From an uncultured Acidobacteriota bacterium (GTDB lineage Bacteria; Acidobacteriota; Thermoanaerobaculia; UBA5066), in assembly GCA_963779415.1 (NCBI GenBank), contig CAVZYA010000002.1, positions 1,600,001 to 1,664,000 on the forward strand: a stretch of 64,000 nt of DNA. The letters run 5' to 3'. The notes under the pieces are model-generated. The model did not search any database, was not told where the DNA came from, and saw only the letters and a program-made list of their open reading frames with translations. Made by a program: the position numbers and the translations under genes. This document shows, in pieces, positions 32,356 through 42,016 of the stretch (its first letter is position 1; each line of letters starts with the position of its first letter).

Positions 32356-34217
32356 CAAGACCTCCTCGTCCGGGCGGCGCGGTCGGCAAGGACGCCCTCC
32401 ACGACCGTCGTGGCGTCGAGCGGGAGGCCGTCGTACTGGAGGATGGAGACGAAGCGTCCCGCCTCCTCCGGAAACTCGTCGCGGAGGATCGTCCGGAGCT
32501 GGCCGTCGCGGTTCTGCTCGACGACGTAGATCCGATCGTGCCGGAGGATCCAGTCGCGGACCTCGGGGCCGATCGGCAGGGCGCGGAGGCGAAGGTAGTC
32601 GAGCCCGAATCCCGCCTCCCGGACGAGACGGTCACGCGCCTCGGCCGTCCCGTGGTGCGACGTGCCGAAGGCGAGGAGGCCGTCGGCGCTCTCGAAGCCG
32701 TCCTCGATCCGGGGCTTCGGGACCATCGTCCTCGCCGTCTCGTGCTTTCGCGAGAGGCGGTCGACGTTCGCGACGAAGTCGTGCGGCTTCTCGGAGTACT
32801 GGCCCATCTCGTTGTGCCCGGAGCCGCGCGCGAGGTACGCGGCGAACGGGCTCGGCGTCCCCGGGAGCGTCCGGTACGGGATGCCGTCGCCGTCCACGTC
32901 CCGGTACCGGCCCCACGACTCCTTCACCTTCTCGAACGACTTTTCGTCGAGGACCTTTCCCTTCCTTCGCGGCCCCGTCGGATACGTGAAGGGATCGGCC
33001 ATCCAGTTGTTCATCCCGAGGTCGAGGTCGGAGAGGACGAAGACGGGCGTCTGCAGCTCCTCGGCGAGGTCGAAGGCCTCGATCGCCATCTCGAAACATT
33101 CCTCCGGGGTCGCGGGGAAGAGGACGGGATGTTTCGTGTCGCCGTGCGAGTTGTAGTAGGCGAGGAGGATGTCCCCCTGCATCGTCCGGGTCGGAAGGCC
33201 GGTGGACGGTCCGACCCGCTGGATGTCCCAGACGACCGCCGGGACCTCGACGTAGTAGCCGAGGCCGAGGAACTCGGACATCAGGGAGATTCCGGGGCCG
33301 GACGTCGCGGTGAAGGCGCGCGCGCCGGCCCACCCGGCCCCGAGGACCATCCCGATCGAGGCGATCTCGTCCTCGGCCTGGATCACCGCGACGGTCTTCT
33401 TTCCGGAGACGGGGTCGACGCGGTGGTCGTTCGTGAACTCGATGAAGGATTCGCAGAGCGAGGAGGACGGCGTGATCGGGTACCAGCAGCAGACCGTCGC
33501 CCCGCCGAAGAGAGAGCCGAGGGCGGCGGCGGCGTTCCCTTCGATGATGATCTTTCCCTTCGTCGCCTCCATCCGCTCGACCCGGAAGGGGATCTTCGAG
33601 GAGAAATTCGCCGCGGCGTACTCGAGGCCGAGGCGCATGGCGCCGAGGTTCAGCTCGATCGCCTTCTGCTTTCCCTGGAGCTGCTTCCTGATCGCGGCCT
33701 CGATCTCGGCCGGGTCGATCCCCATCAGGTCGGCCACGACCCCGACGTAGATCATGTTGACGATGAGCTTCCGGAGCTTGGCCTGATCAGACGCCATCGT
33801 CAGCTTCACGACGAGCTCGCCGAAGGGGACCGGGTAGAAGTGGAGGTCGCTCCGCCGGCCGTCGAGGCCGAGCTTCTTCTCGAAGACGACGTGCGCCCCG
33901 GGGCGGGCGGCGCGGACGTCCTCGTCGGCCGTCTCGGGGTTCATGAGGACGAGGACGTCGATCTCGCGTTTTCGCGCGATGTAGCCGTCCTTGTTCGCGC
34001 GGATCGTGAACCACGTCGGAAGCCCCTGGATGTTCGACGGAAAGAGGTTCTTCCCGGAGACGGGGACGCCCATCCGGAAGATGGCCCGCATCAGGACGTT
34101 GTTGGCCGTCTGCGATCCGGAGCCGTTCGCCGTCGCGACCTGGAGGGAGAAGTCATTGACGACGGGTTCGCCGCCGACGCTCGCGTCCGAGCTCGTCTGG
34201 GTGAGTACGCTCGACAT
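32355..34217 (-). CDS. 2-oxoacid:acceptor oxidoreductase alpha subunit (gamma-alpha fusion)
   Basis: ANGSGSQTAN, YPITPSS, QAEDEIAS, TATSGPG, QRVGPSTGLPT. Confidence 0.93.
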   Translation of the reverse strand: MSSVLTQTSSDASVGGEPVVNDFSLQVATANGSGSQTANNVLMRAIFRMGVPVSGKNLFPSNIQGLPTWFTIRANKDGYIARKREIDVLVLMNPETADEDVRAARPGAHVVFEKKLGLDGRRSDLHFYPVPFGELVVKLTMASDQAKLRKLIVNMIYVGVVADLMGIDPAEIEAAIRKQLQGKQKAIELNLGAMRLGLEYAAANFSSKIPFRVERMEATKGKIIIEGNAAAALGSLFGGATVCCWYPITPSSSLCESFIEFTNDHRVDPVSGKKTVAVIQAEDEIASIGMVLGAGWAGARAFTATSGPGISLMSEFLGLGYYVEVPAVVWDIQRVGPSTGLPTRTMQGDILLAYYNSHGDTKHPVLFPATPEECFEMAIEAFDLAEELQTPVFVLSDLDLGMNNWMADPFTYPTGPRRKGKVLDEKSFEKVKESWGRYRDVDGDGIPYRTLPGTPSPFAAYLARGSGHNEMGQYSEKPHDFVANVDRLSRKHETARTMVPKPRIEDGFESADGLLAFGTSHHGTAEARDRLVREAGFGLDYLRLRALPIGPEVRDWILRHDRIYVVEQNRDGQLRTILRDEFPEEAGRFVSILQYDGLPLDATTVVEGVLADRAARTRRS

Positions 34218-34362
34218 GCCGGTCGTTCCTCTTCCCGCCGCGGATGTGGGGTGAGACTCTGTCTCTTCCGCGGGACGCCCCGATTCTACGGGAACGGCGT
34301 CGATCTCCGGTGCTTGTTCGATCCGTCCACAAGCGGAGCCTCCAAGGTCGGATAATCCCTCC

Positions 34363-35136
34363 GTGCGGATCGTCTCCCTCTGCCCGTCCGTCACGGAGAG
34401 CCTCGTGGCGCTCGGCCTCGCGCCGCAGCTCGTGGGGGTGACGCGCTACTGCGTCCATCCAAGGGAGGTGACCTCGCGGATCCGGAAGGTGGGAGGCACG
34501 AAGAACCCGGACCTCGACGGGATCCGCTCCCTCCGGCCCGATCTCGTCTTCGCGAACGCGGAGGAGAACCGCCGCGAGGACGTCGAGGCGCTGGAGCGCG
34601 AGTTCGTGACGGACGTGTCGCATCCCCGGCGGGTCGCGGACATCCCGACTCTCCTCCGGCGCTTCGGACGGCTGACGGGGACCGACGAGAGAGCCGGGGA
34701 GATTGCTTCGAACGTGGAGAGGGCTCTGGAGAGCGCCGGGAACCGCCGCGGCATGCCTACGCGCGCCTCCTTCCGATACGTCTATCTCGTCTGGAAAGAC
34801 CCGTTCATGACCGTCGGCCCGCGAACGTACATCGCCGACCTGCTCCGCCTCTCCGGAGGCGCTCTTTCACTCGAAGAATCCTCTTCGGCCATTTCCCCGG
34901 ACTACCCGGTCGTCTCTGAGGACGAGATCGTCTCCTCGCGTCCCGACGTCCTTCTCCTTCCCGACGAACCGTACCGATTCCGCGAGAAGGACGCCGCGTT
35001 CTGGCGCACGCGCCTCCCGGCGTCGTCGCGCGTCGTCCTCGTCCCCGGGGACGACTGGTGCTGGCACGGGGTCCGGACGCTCCGGGGTCTCGCCGCGGCC
35101 GAGACGCTCGCGGCGGGGGCAGGGGTGGAGGCGTAG
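34363..35136 (+). CDS. helical-backbone metal receptor (BtuF-like)
   Basis: RIVSLCPSVTE, GGTKNPD, NAEENRRED, DEPY motifs. Confidence 0.88.
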   Translation: MRIVSLCPSVTESLVALGLAPQLVGVTRYCVHPREVTSRIRKVGGTKNPDLDGIRSLRPDLVFANAEENRREDVEALEREFVTDVSHPRRVADIPTLLRRFGRLTGTDERAGEIASNVERALESAGNRRGMPTRASFRYVYLVWKDPFMTVGPRTYIADLLRLSGGALSLEESSSAISPDYPVVSEDEIVSSRPDVLLLPDEPYRFREKDAAFWRTRLPASSRVVLVPGDDWCWHGVRTLRGLAAAETLAAGAGVEA

Positions 35137-35140
35137 GAAC

Positions 35141-35821
35141 GTGAGGATCCTTCTCCTCGCAGCCCTCCTCGCCGTTCCTTTCCGGACGCCGACCCCTACG
35201 CCGGGCCCGGCGACGTACGTTCTCGTCCAGAAGGACGGCTCCGTCGTCCGCCTGGCGAAGGCGCCCAAGCTGAAGGGGAGCGCCTACGTCGGGAATCTCT
35301 GGCAGACGGGACAGCTCGTCTCGATACCGGCGTCCGAAGTCGACGAGCGAAAGACCGCCTCGGCGAACGCAGGCACGGGATCGAAGACGCCCTCCTCGGA
35401 AAAGAACATCGGGACACGTTACGACCCGGAGGGCCCTCAGACCCCTCTCGGCGACCAGATGAAGCTCAAGGGAGGACGGAAGAAGGTGGAGCGGACGCTT
35501 CAGGGGTCCACGGCGGCGTCGAAGACTCCGACGGCCGTCGCCTCGGCGGGCGTCGTCGACCGGAACGGACGGGGCGAGGCATGGTGGCGCGGACGCGTGG
35601 AGCCGCTCAAGGAGGAGCTGGCCGACGCGGAGGCCGACCTGAAGCTCTCGGGCGACGAGATCCGGAGCGCGGAGCGGTCCGGGGCGTCGGCCTCCGATCT
35701 GGAGCGCCTCCGCGGGCGCGAGGAGGAGGCCCGGAAGCGCTGCGCCTCGGCGAAGGGGAAGCTCGACGCCCTCGCGGAGGACGCGCGGAAGGCGCGAGCC
35801 CCGGCGTCGTGGCTGCGCTAG
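35141..35821 (+). CDS. secreted hypothetical coiled-coil protein
   Basis: Signal peptide; GEAWWRGR coiled coil ending ARKARAPASWLR. Confidence 0.7.
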   Translation: MRILLLAALLAVPFRTPTPTPGPATYVLVQKDGSVVRLAKAPKLKGSAYVGNLWQTGQLVSIPASEVDERKTASANAGTGSKTPSSEKNIGTRYDPEGPQTPLGDQMKLKGGRKKVERTLQGSTAASKTPTAVASAGVVDRNGRGEAWWRGRVEPLKEELADAEADLKLSGDEIRSAERSGASASDLERLRGREEEARKRCASAKGKLDALAEDARKARAPASWLR

Positions 35822-35880
35822 AAACGGAAAGGCCGCCGGGATTCCGGCGGCCGGAAACGGGATCTCGGGGAAACAGGGGA

Positions 35881-36378
35881 TCAGTTCGACTTGAGCTCCC
35901 ACTTCAGCTCGTCGATCATCGCATTCCAGTTCGCGACCATCTCGGGGGTGACCGGAATCTTGAGTTTGTCGGGCGAGGCGTTGATGGCCTTGTCGGCGTC
36001 GGTCAGGGTTCGTCCCGTCGCTTTGTAGGCATCCTCGACGGTCCCGTTCATGTCCTTGTCGTTGAGCATGAGCAGCTCGACGCCGGCGGGCGTCTTCCTG
36101 CTGAGACTCAACGTGAGGAACTTTTCCCCTTTGGTCAACTCCGCGAACTTGAAGTAGGCCTTCTCGTACCCGGGGGGCGGGCTCTGGATCCATTTGTAGT
36201 AGAACGACCCCTGCGGGATCCTGTTGCTGAGGCCGGGCTTTCCCGCGGCATAGATCTTCATCTGGTCGGTGACTTCCTTGAGCTTCGGCGAGGTCGAAGT
36301 CGCCTGCTGCTGCGCGGTCGCCCCCATCGCGACCGCGAGGAGCGTGAAAGCGGTGACGATCGAGAGAATCCGGCGCAT
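35881..36378 (-). CDS. secreted hypothetical protein
   Basis: RBS AGGAGG, signal MRRILSIVTAFTLLAVAMGATA, typical codon usage. Confidence 0.72.
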   Translation of the reverse strand: MRRILSIVTAFTLLAVAMGATAQQQATSTSPKLKEVTDQMKIYAAGKPGLSNRIPQGSFYYKWIQSPPPGYEKAYFKFAELTKGEKFLTLSLSRKTPAGVELLMLNDKDMNGTVEDAYKATGRTLTDADKAINASPDKLKIPVTPEMVANWNAMIDELKWELKSN

Positions 36379-36538
36379 CGAAGCCCTCCTCGCCCACGGG
36401 GTTCTCATCCGCGCAGCGCCTCTTCGCAAACAACTTCGTCTTCTTTGACGACCGCGTCCATGATTCAGATCAATCACGCCGGAACCGGTTGAGTCGAAAG
36501 GAGATGACTCGGCTCGTCCGGACGCCTTGAGACGCGGT

Positions 36539-38155
36539 TCAAGCCGGACGGTGAGAGGAGACGACCCGGTTCCGGCCCTCCGCCTTGGCCCGGTAGAGAG
36601 CGGCGTCGGCGGCGGCGAGGAGCTCCTCTGCCGTCTCTCCGTCCGCCGGATAGGTCGCCACGCCGAGCGAGATCGTGATCGGCCCGATCGGCTTGCCCTC
36701 GGAGACGAAGGGGACCTCTTTCACGCCCGTCCGGATCCGCTCGGCCTGCCGCAGGGCGTTGTCGACGGAGCTTCCGGGAAGGATCAGCGTGAACTCCTCG
36801 CCGCCGAAGCGGCAGGCGATGTCGTACGTTCGGAGCTGCGACTCCAGAAACCGGCCCAGCTCGCGCAGGACGTCGTCTCCCGCCGCGTGTCCCATCGTGT
36901 CGTTGATCCTCTTGAAGAAGTCGATGTCGACCATGATCAGGGAGACCGAAGCCTTCTCGCGGACGGCCCGCCGCAGCTCCCGTTCGAGCGACTGCTCGAG
37001 ATAGCGCCTGTTGTAGAGGCCCGTCAGCGCGTCGCGGACGGCCTGGATCTGGAGCGACTCGCGGAGCTTGACGTTTGCCATCGCGAGGGCGACCTGGCTC
37101 GCGACGTTCAGTGCGAAGCGCTCGTCGGCCTCGATCCCGGAGAGGTGCAGGAGACCGTGTGCCTCGCCGTGAGCGAGGAGGGGGAAGCAGAGCGTCTTGC
37201 CCTCCGGCGCGCCCCGGACGTGCGGGCAGACGGGGCCCCCGGCGGGGAGGCGGACGACGTGCGTCTGTGAGAGACGGAGGGCCCAGCAGTCGTCGACGTG
37301 GAACGTCGGCTCGCTGAGACTTTCCCACGCGACGACGCCGTCGAGCGTCCGGTGCGCGGCGTCCAGGATGTAGAGGCCCCCCTTGGTTCCGGCGAAGAGT
37401 CGGGGCGAGACCTGCCGCAGGATCTCGAGGATGTCGGCGATGCTCCGGGCGCTCTGGAGCATCCCCGTCATCCCGTTCAGGAGCGCCACGGCCTCGCCGC
37501 GGCGCCCGATCTCCTGCGTCCTCTCGGCGAGTCGCTGGTCGAGCTCGGCGGCGCGGGCGCGGTGGTGGTCCTCGCTTTGCCGACACCGGAGGGCCAGGGC
37601 GGCGCGCGGCAGGATCCCCGCGAGCTTGTCGACGAGCGGGGCGTCCTCGTCGCGGTTCTGGGCCGAGAAGAACTCCAGGGTCGCGATCAGGTCCGTCCCG
37701 ATCCGGATCGGGAAGGCGACGCCGCACCGGAGACCGGCGTCGTTCGCGGCGTTCGCGCGGAGGAACTCCGACCGGGCGACGAGGTCGGCGTCCCAGGCGG
37801 GCTCGCCGCCGGGGAAGCCGCTCGAAAGAGCGCCGGGGACCGGTGAGGGGGGAAGGACGGCGCTGGCGGCGCAGAAATCGGCGAAGCGCTTTTCGGGGGG
37901 GTGAAAGGTCGCGGCGAGGCGGAACGCCGGGCCCGGGTCCTCGGGCACCCAGGCCTGGCCGAGCGTCCACCCGGTCGCCTTGCAGACGTCGCGGAGGATT
38001 CCGTGAAGGACCTCGGCGAATCCGGGCTCCTCGGCCGCCGTCAGGAGAAAGCGAAGGAGGAGCGCGTCTTCCGGAAGGGTCACGGCGGCAGGCGACGCGG
38101 GGCGGGGTACGGGAATCGAGGTTTCAATTCGCAGCCGCGCCGACGATTCGCTCAT
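36539..38155 (-). CDS. diguanylate cyclase with two GAF domains
   Basis: DALTGLYNRR, DIDFFKRIND, I-site RTYD, GGEEF; GAF-like N-terminal domains. Confidence 0.92.
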   Translation of the reverse strand: MSESSARLRIETSIPVPRPASPAAVTLPEDALLLRFLLTAAEEPGFAEVLHGILRDVCKATGWTLGQAWVPEDPGPAFRLAATFHPPEKRFADFCAASAVLPPSPVPGALSSGFPGGEPAWDADLVARSEFLRANAANDAGLRCGVAFPIRIGTDLIATLEFFSAQNRDEDAPLVDKLAGILPRAALALRCRQSEDHHRARAAELDQRLAERTQEIGRRGEAVALLNGMTGMLQSARSIADILEILRQVSPRLFAGTKGGLYILDAAHRTLDGVVAWESLSEPTFHVDDCWALRLSQTHVVRLPAGGPVCPHVRGAPEGKTLCFPLLAHGEAHGLLHLSGIEADERFALNVASQVALAMANVKLRESLQIQAVRDALTGLYNRRYLEQSLERELRRAVREKASVSLIMVDIDFFKRINDTMGHAAGDDVLRELGRFLESQLRTYDIACRFGGEEFTLILPGSSVDNALRQAERIRTGVKEVPFVSEGKPIGPITISLGVATYPADGETAEELLAAADAALYRAKAEGRNRVVSSHRPA

Positions 38156-38176
38156 CGCCCCCGTCCTCTCCGGCCG

Positions 38177-38797
38177 TCAGCCTCGCCTTCGCAGCAGATC
38201 AAGAAACTCTTCTCGTACCGCCTTCTCGAGGAAGATCCCCCGGATCGCCGAGGTCACCGTCACGGCACCGGGCTTGCGCACCCCGCGCATCTCGACACAG
38301 AGATGACGCGCCTCGATGACGACCATGACCCCCTGCGGCTTCAGCTCCTCCTCGAGGACGGCCGCCACCTGCTCCGTCAGCCGCTCCTGGAGCTGCGGCC
38401 GCCGGGCGAAGAACTCCAGAAGGCGCGGCAGCTTCGAGAGACCGACGATCCGCTCGTTCGGGATGTAGGCGATGTGCCCGTGCCCGTAGAACGGGATGAA
38501 ATGGTGGGAGCACATGGAGTAGAAGGGGATCTCCTTCTCCATGACCATGGCCGTGTAGCGCTCGTCGTTCGGGAAGGTCGTCAGCTTCGGGCGCGTCCCC
38601 TCGTCGAGGCCGGAGAAGATGTCGAGGTACATCTTCGCGACCCGCTGGTCGGTGTCGACGAGGTTCGGGTCGGCTTCCGGCGTCAGGCCGAGGATCCGGA
38701 TGATCTCGCGGATGTGCGTGGCGATCCGGCCGACGCGCGGATCGTGCTCGTGTTCGCTCGCGGCATCGAGGATGTGGGTGGACGGGGCGGGGTCCAT
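38177..38797 (-). CDS. folE: GTP cyclohydrolase I
   Basis: SMCSHHFIPF, VGLSKLPR, RRPQLQERLT, HLCVEMRG. Confidence 0.95.
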   Translation of the reverse strand: MDPAPSTHILDAASEHEHDPRVGRIATHIREIIRILGLTPEADPNLVDTDQRVAKMYLDIFSGLDEGTRPKLTTFPNDERYTAMVMEKEIPFYSMCSHHFIPFYGHGHIAYIPNERIVGLSKLPRLLEFFARRPQLQERLTEQVAAVLEEELKPQGVMVVIEARHLCVEMRGVRKPGAVTVTSAIRGIFLEKAVREEFLDLLRRRG

Positions 38798-38830
38798 TTG
38801 TCCCATGATACGGAATCGGGAGGATCGAGG

Positions 38831-40309
38831 ATGGAGAAGCCCGGGGCCGAGGCGAAGAAGGGGCGTTGGCGGGCCACGAAGATCGTCGCGACGCTCGGTC
38901 CCGCGAGCGAGAGTCCCGGGATGATCCGGCGGCTCCTCCGGGCCGGAGTCTCCGTTTTCCGGCTGAACGCGGCGCACGCGCGTCCCGGTGACATCCGGCG
39001 CCGTGTCGCGCTCGTCCGGAGAGCGGAGCGCGCCTCGGGACGCCCCGTCGGCGTCCTCCTCGACCTCGGGGGGCCGAAGATCCGCATGGGTCCCGTCCCG
39101 GGCGGCCCGATCCGCGTCGCGGCGGGCGAGAAGGTCGATCTCGTCCCGAGGCGCGCGGCGGCGCGGCCCTCCGGAGGCTCCCGTCGCCTCGTGGTCACCT
39201 ATGGCGCTCTCCTCTCCGACGTCGCGCCGGGCGCCGAGGTCCGGATCGACGACGGGAAGGTGAGACTTCGCGTCGTCCGTCGCCGCACGGGATCGCTCGA
39301 GTGCCGTGTCCTCGTCGGAGGGCTTCTCCGGACCGGCGCCGGCGTGAACTTCCCCGACTCCGCGCTCTCCGCGCCGGCTCTCACGGCGAAGGACCGCCGG
39401 GACCTGCGGGAGGGGCTCGAGGCCGGGGTCGACTTCGTCGGCCTCTCCTTCGTCCGGAGCGCGGAGCACGTGGGAGAGCTCCGGCGCGTCGTCGCGCGGT
39501 CGCCGAGGGAGACGCGGCCGTGGATCGTCGCGAAGATCGAGCGACCAGAGGCGCTCGACGCTCTGCCGCGGATCGCCGCCGTCTCCGACGCGCTCATGGT
39601 GGCGCGCGGGGACCTCGGCGTCGAGATCGGGCTCGCGGCGGTTCCGCGGGAGCAGGCGCGGATCCTCGAAGCGGGGCGGGTCGCGGCGATCCCCGTCATC
39701 GTCGCCACGCAGATGCTCGAATCGATGATCGAGAGCCCTGTTCCGACGCGGGCGGAGGTGTCGGACGTGGCCGGCGCCGTTCTTGGCGGCGCCGACGCCG
39801 TCATGCTCTCGGGCGAGACGGCCGTCGGCCGGTTCCCGGTGGAGGCCGTCCGGACGATGGCCGAGATCGCCCGAACCGCCGAGAGGACCGAGGAGCGTGC
39901 CGGACCCGCCGCCGGGCCGCCCCCCGGGAACGGCAGGATGGAGGTCGCCGGGGCGGTGGCCGAAGCGGCGGCCACCGCGGCAAGGGCGGCCGGCGCGTCC
40001 GCGATCGTCGTCTACACGGAGTCGGGACGGACGACACGCCTCGTCTCGAAGCTCGGCCTCGGAATCCCGATCGTCGCCTTCACGCCCGAGGAGCGCGTGC
40101 GCCGCCGAATGACGCTTCTTTCGGACGTCGTCTCCTTCCGGATTCCGCGGGCCCGTTCGGTCGAGGCGATGCTCCGGGCGGGAAACCGGTTCCTCTCGCG
40201 GATGGCGGTCCTCTCGGGCCGGACCGTCGTCGAGGTTTCGGGGGCCGCGCGCGCGGAGGGGGCGACGAACACCGTCCGGATCCGGAGGATCCCGGCGGCG
40301 CGTCGCTGA
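38831..40309 (+). CDS. pyk: pyruvate kinase
   Basis: TKIVATLGPAS, DLGGPKIR, AKIE, MVARGDLGVE, ATQMLESM, MLSGETA. Confidence 0.95.
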   Translation: MEKPGAEAKKGRWRATKIVATLGPASESPGMIRRLLRAGVSVFRLNAAHARPGDIRRRVALVRRAERASGRPVGVLLDLGGPKIRMGPVPGGPIRVAAGEKVDLVPRRAAARPSGGSRRLVVTYGALLSDVAPGAEVRIDDGKVRLRVVRRRTGSLECRVLVGGLLRTGAGVNFPDSALSAPALTAKDRRDLREGLEAGVDFVGLSFVRSAEHVGELRRVVARSPRETRPWIVAKIERPEALDALPRIAAVSDALMVARGDLGVEIGLAAVPREQARILEAGRVAAIPVIVATQMLESMIESPVPTRAEVSDVAGAVLGGADAVMLSGETAVGRFPVEAVRTMAEIARTAERTEERAGPAAGPPPGNGRMEVAGAVAEAAATAARAAGASAIVVYTESGRTTRLVSKLGLGIPIVAFTPEERVRRRMTLLSDVVSFRIPRARSVEAMLRAGNRFLSRMAVLSGRTVVEVSGAARAEGATNTVRIRRIPAARR

Positions 40310-40311
40310 CG

Positions 40312-42003
40312 TCAGGGCGCCGCGGGGGGCGTTCCGATCTCCAGGTCGTCGCCGTCCATCGAGTCGGGGTCGAACGGGATGCCGAGCCAGCCGAGGATCG
40401 TCGGAGCGAGATCCACCGTTCGGGCGAAAGGGCGGCGTCCCGGGACGACGCCGGGACCTGCGAAGACGAACGGAACGACCATCTCGCTGCGCGAGAGCCC
40501 TCCGTGTCCGGCGGCCTTTCCGGCGCGGAACCCGTAGCCGTTCTTCGGAGAGAGGTAGACGTCCGGAGCCCGCGGGGAGTCGAAGAACTCGGGGAGCTGG
40601 ACGACGAGGTCCGGGTATTCGGTCTGCGCCGTCGCCTCCAGCCATTCGTCCGACGGGTGTCCGCCCCCCGCGACGAAGCGCGCGAGGTCCCCGGACGACG
40701 CATATCCGAGCGGATCGGTCCCCTGCGTGACGCGGTAGGAGTAGAGCGGCTCGTCGCCGTCCCGCTCCTCGCGGGCGATCTCCGCGACGCCGGTGGGGCC
40801 ATAGACGAGGATGTGCCCCGCCTCCCTCCCTCGCGTGATGACGAGGGCGACTTCCGGGGCCCGCGCGAGGGTCGCCGCGAACTCCGACAGGGGAGGCATC
40901 GGGGCGGGCGGACCTTTCGCGGCGGGCTTCTTCTTCGGCGAGGGCTTCGAGGGCTTCTTCTTCCGGAGGGCGAAGGCGCGCGGTACGTCCTCGGGGGGGC
41001 GCGAGGAGGGAAGCCAGATCATGGCCCCGCGGTAAGCGCCGACGGCGATCAGCGCGTCTCCGACGTCGTACGACTTCGCCTTCTTCCCCTTCACGGGGAC
41101 GAGGACGCAGTTTCCGATCGCGCAGTCGGCCTCGGTCGGGTGGGCGAAAAGGGCCCGGTGGACGAGCTCCTCGGCGTCGACGTCGATGCCGTAGGAGCGG
41201 TTCCCGTGGTCGCCGACGATGACGAAGAGGACCTTGTCGTACGCGCCGCGGCTTCGGAGCCTCCGGACGAGCCGGGCGAAGGAGCGATCGATGTTCTCGA
41301 GGGCGGAACGGAACTCGAGGCTCTCGGGCCCGTCCGCGTGGGCGACCTCGTCCGTCCCGAGGAGGTGCGCCCACGCGAGAGACGGAAGTTTCCCCGTGTC
41401 GAGCGCCCCCATGTACGCATCGCCGATGTCGTCGAGCGTCTTGCGGTCGAGGAACTCCCAGTCCCACCGCGCGTACGAGGCGGTCAGCGCGAGGACGTTC
41501 TTCACGTCGACCGTGGCGCCGCGTGCGATCGGGCTGGTCACGGCCACCGAATCGGCCGGGAGCCTCTCGTAGAGCGTCCGGGCGTCGGGCGCGAGGAAGT
41601 CCGAGGCGGAGAGGATGCGGAAGATGTTCGTGTGCGTCTCCGCGAGGCGCAGGCGGCGGTCCAGCCAGATGTTCGCCGGGATGCCGTGGTGACCCGGATA
41701 GAGACCCGTCAGGAGGGCGCCGAGGTTCGGGTAGGTCTCGCTCGGGACCGAGGCGACGGCCGTCTCGAAGACGAGGCCCCTCTCGACGATCTCCTTCCGG
41801 AGGTTCGGAACGGCACCGGCGGCGAGGAAGTGTCGGAAGGCCTCGGCGGAGAGGCCGTCGAAGAAGAGGACGCAGACGGACCGGTCGTCCGGCGTCGTCA
41901 GGGCGCCCGCCGCGCTCCGCATCCTCTGGTGGATCGAGCAGGCGGCGAGCGCCACGGACGCCACGAGGGCGGCGGCGAGCGGAAGGAGGCGGCGCGGCGG
42001 CAT
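40312..42003 (-). CDS. alkaline phosphatase superfamily (nucleotide pyrophosphatase-like) lipoprotein
   Basis: Lipobox LAAC; FFDGL, PSET, DEVAH, GDHG, GHGG metal motifs. Confidence 0.85.
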   Translation of the reverse strand: MPPRRLLPLAAALVASVALAACSIHQRMRSAAGALTTPDDRSVCVLFFDGLSAEAFRHFLAAGAVPNLRKEIVERGLVFETAVASVPSETYPNLGALLTGLYPGHHGIPANIWLDRRLRLAETHTNIFRILSASDFLAPDARTLYERLPADSVAVTSPIARGATVDVKNVLALTASYARWDWEFLDRKTLDDIGDAYMGALDTGKLPSLAWAHLLGTDEVAHADGPESLEFRSALENIDRSFARLVRRLRSRGAYDKVLFVIVGDHGNRSYGIDVDAEELVHRALFAHPTEADCAIGNCVLVPVKGKKAKSYDVGDALIAVGAYRGAMIWLPSSRPPEDVPRAFALRKKKPSKPSPKKKPAAKGPPAPMPPLSEFAATLARAPEVALVITRGREAGHILVYGPTGVAEIAREERDGDEPLYSYRVTQGTDPLGYASSGDLARFVAGGGHPSDEWLEATAQTEYPDLVVQLPEFFDSPRAPDVYLSPKNGYGFRAGKAAGHGGLSRSEMVVPFVFAGPGVVPGRRPFARTVDLAPTILGWLGIPFDPDSMDGDDLEIGTPPAAP

Positions 42004-42016
42004 CGTCTGGTCGGGC

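Noticed and set aside
38177-41467. 1,096-aa ORF suggesting a large FolE fusion
   Set aside because: Only the last ~207 codons are FolE; the remainder is antisense to pyk or off-frame in the phosphatase gene
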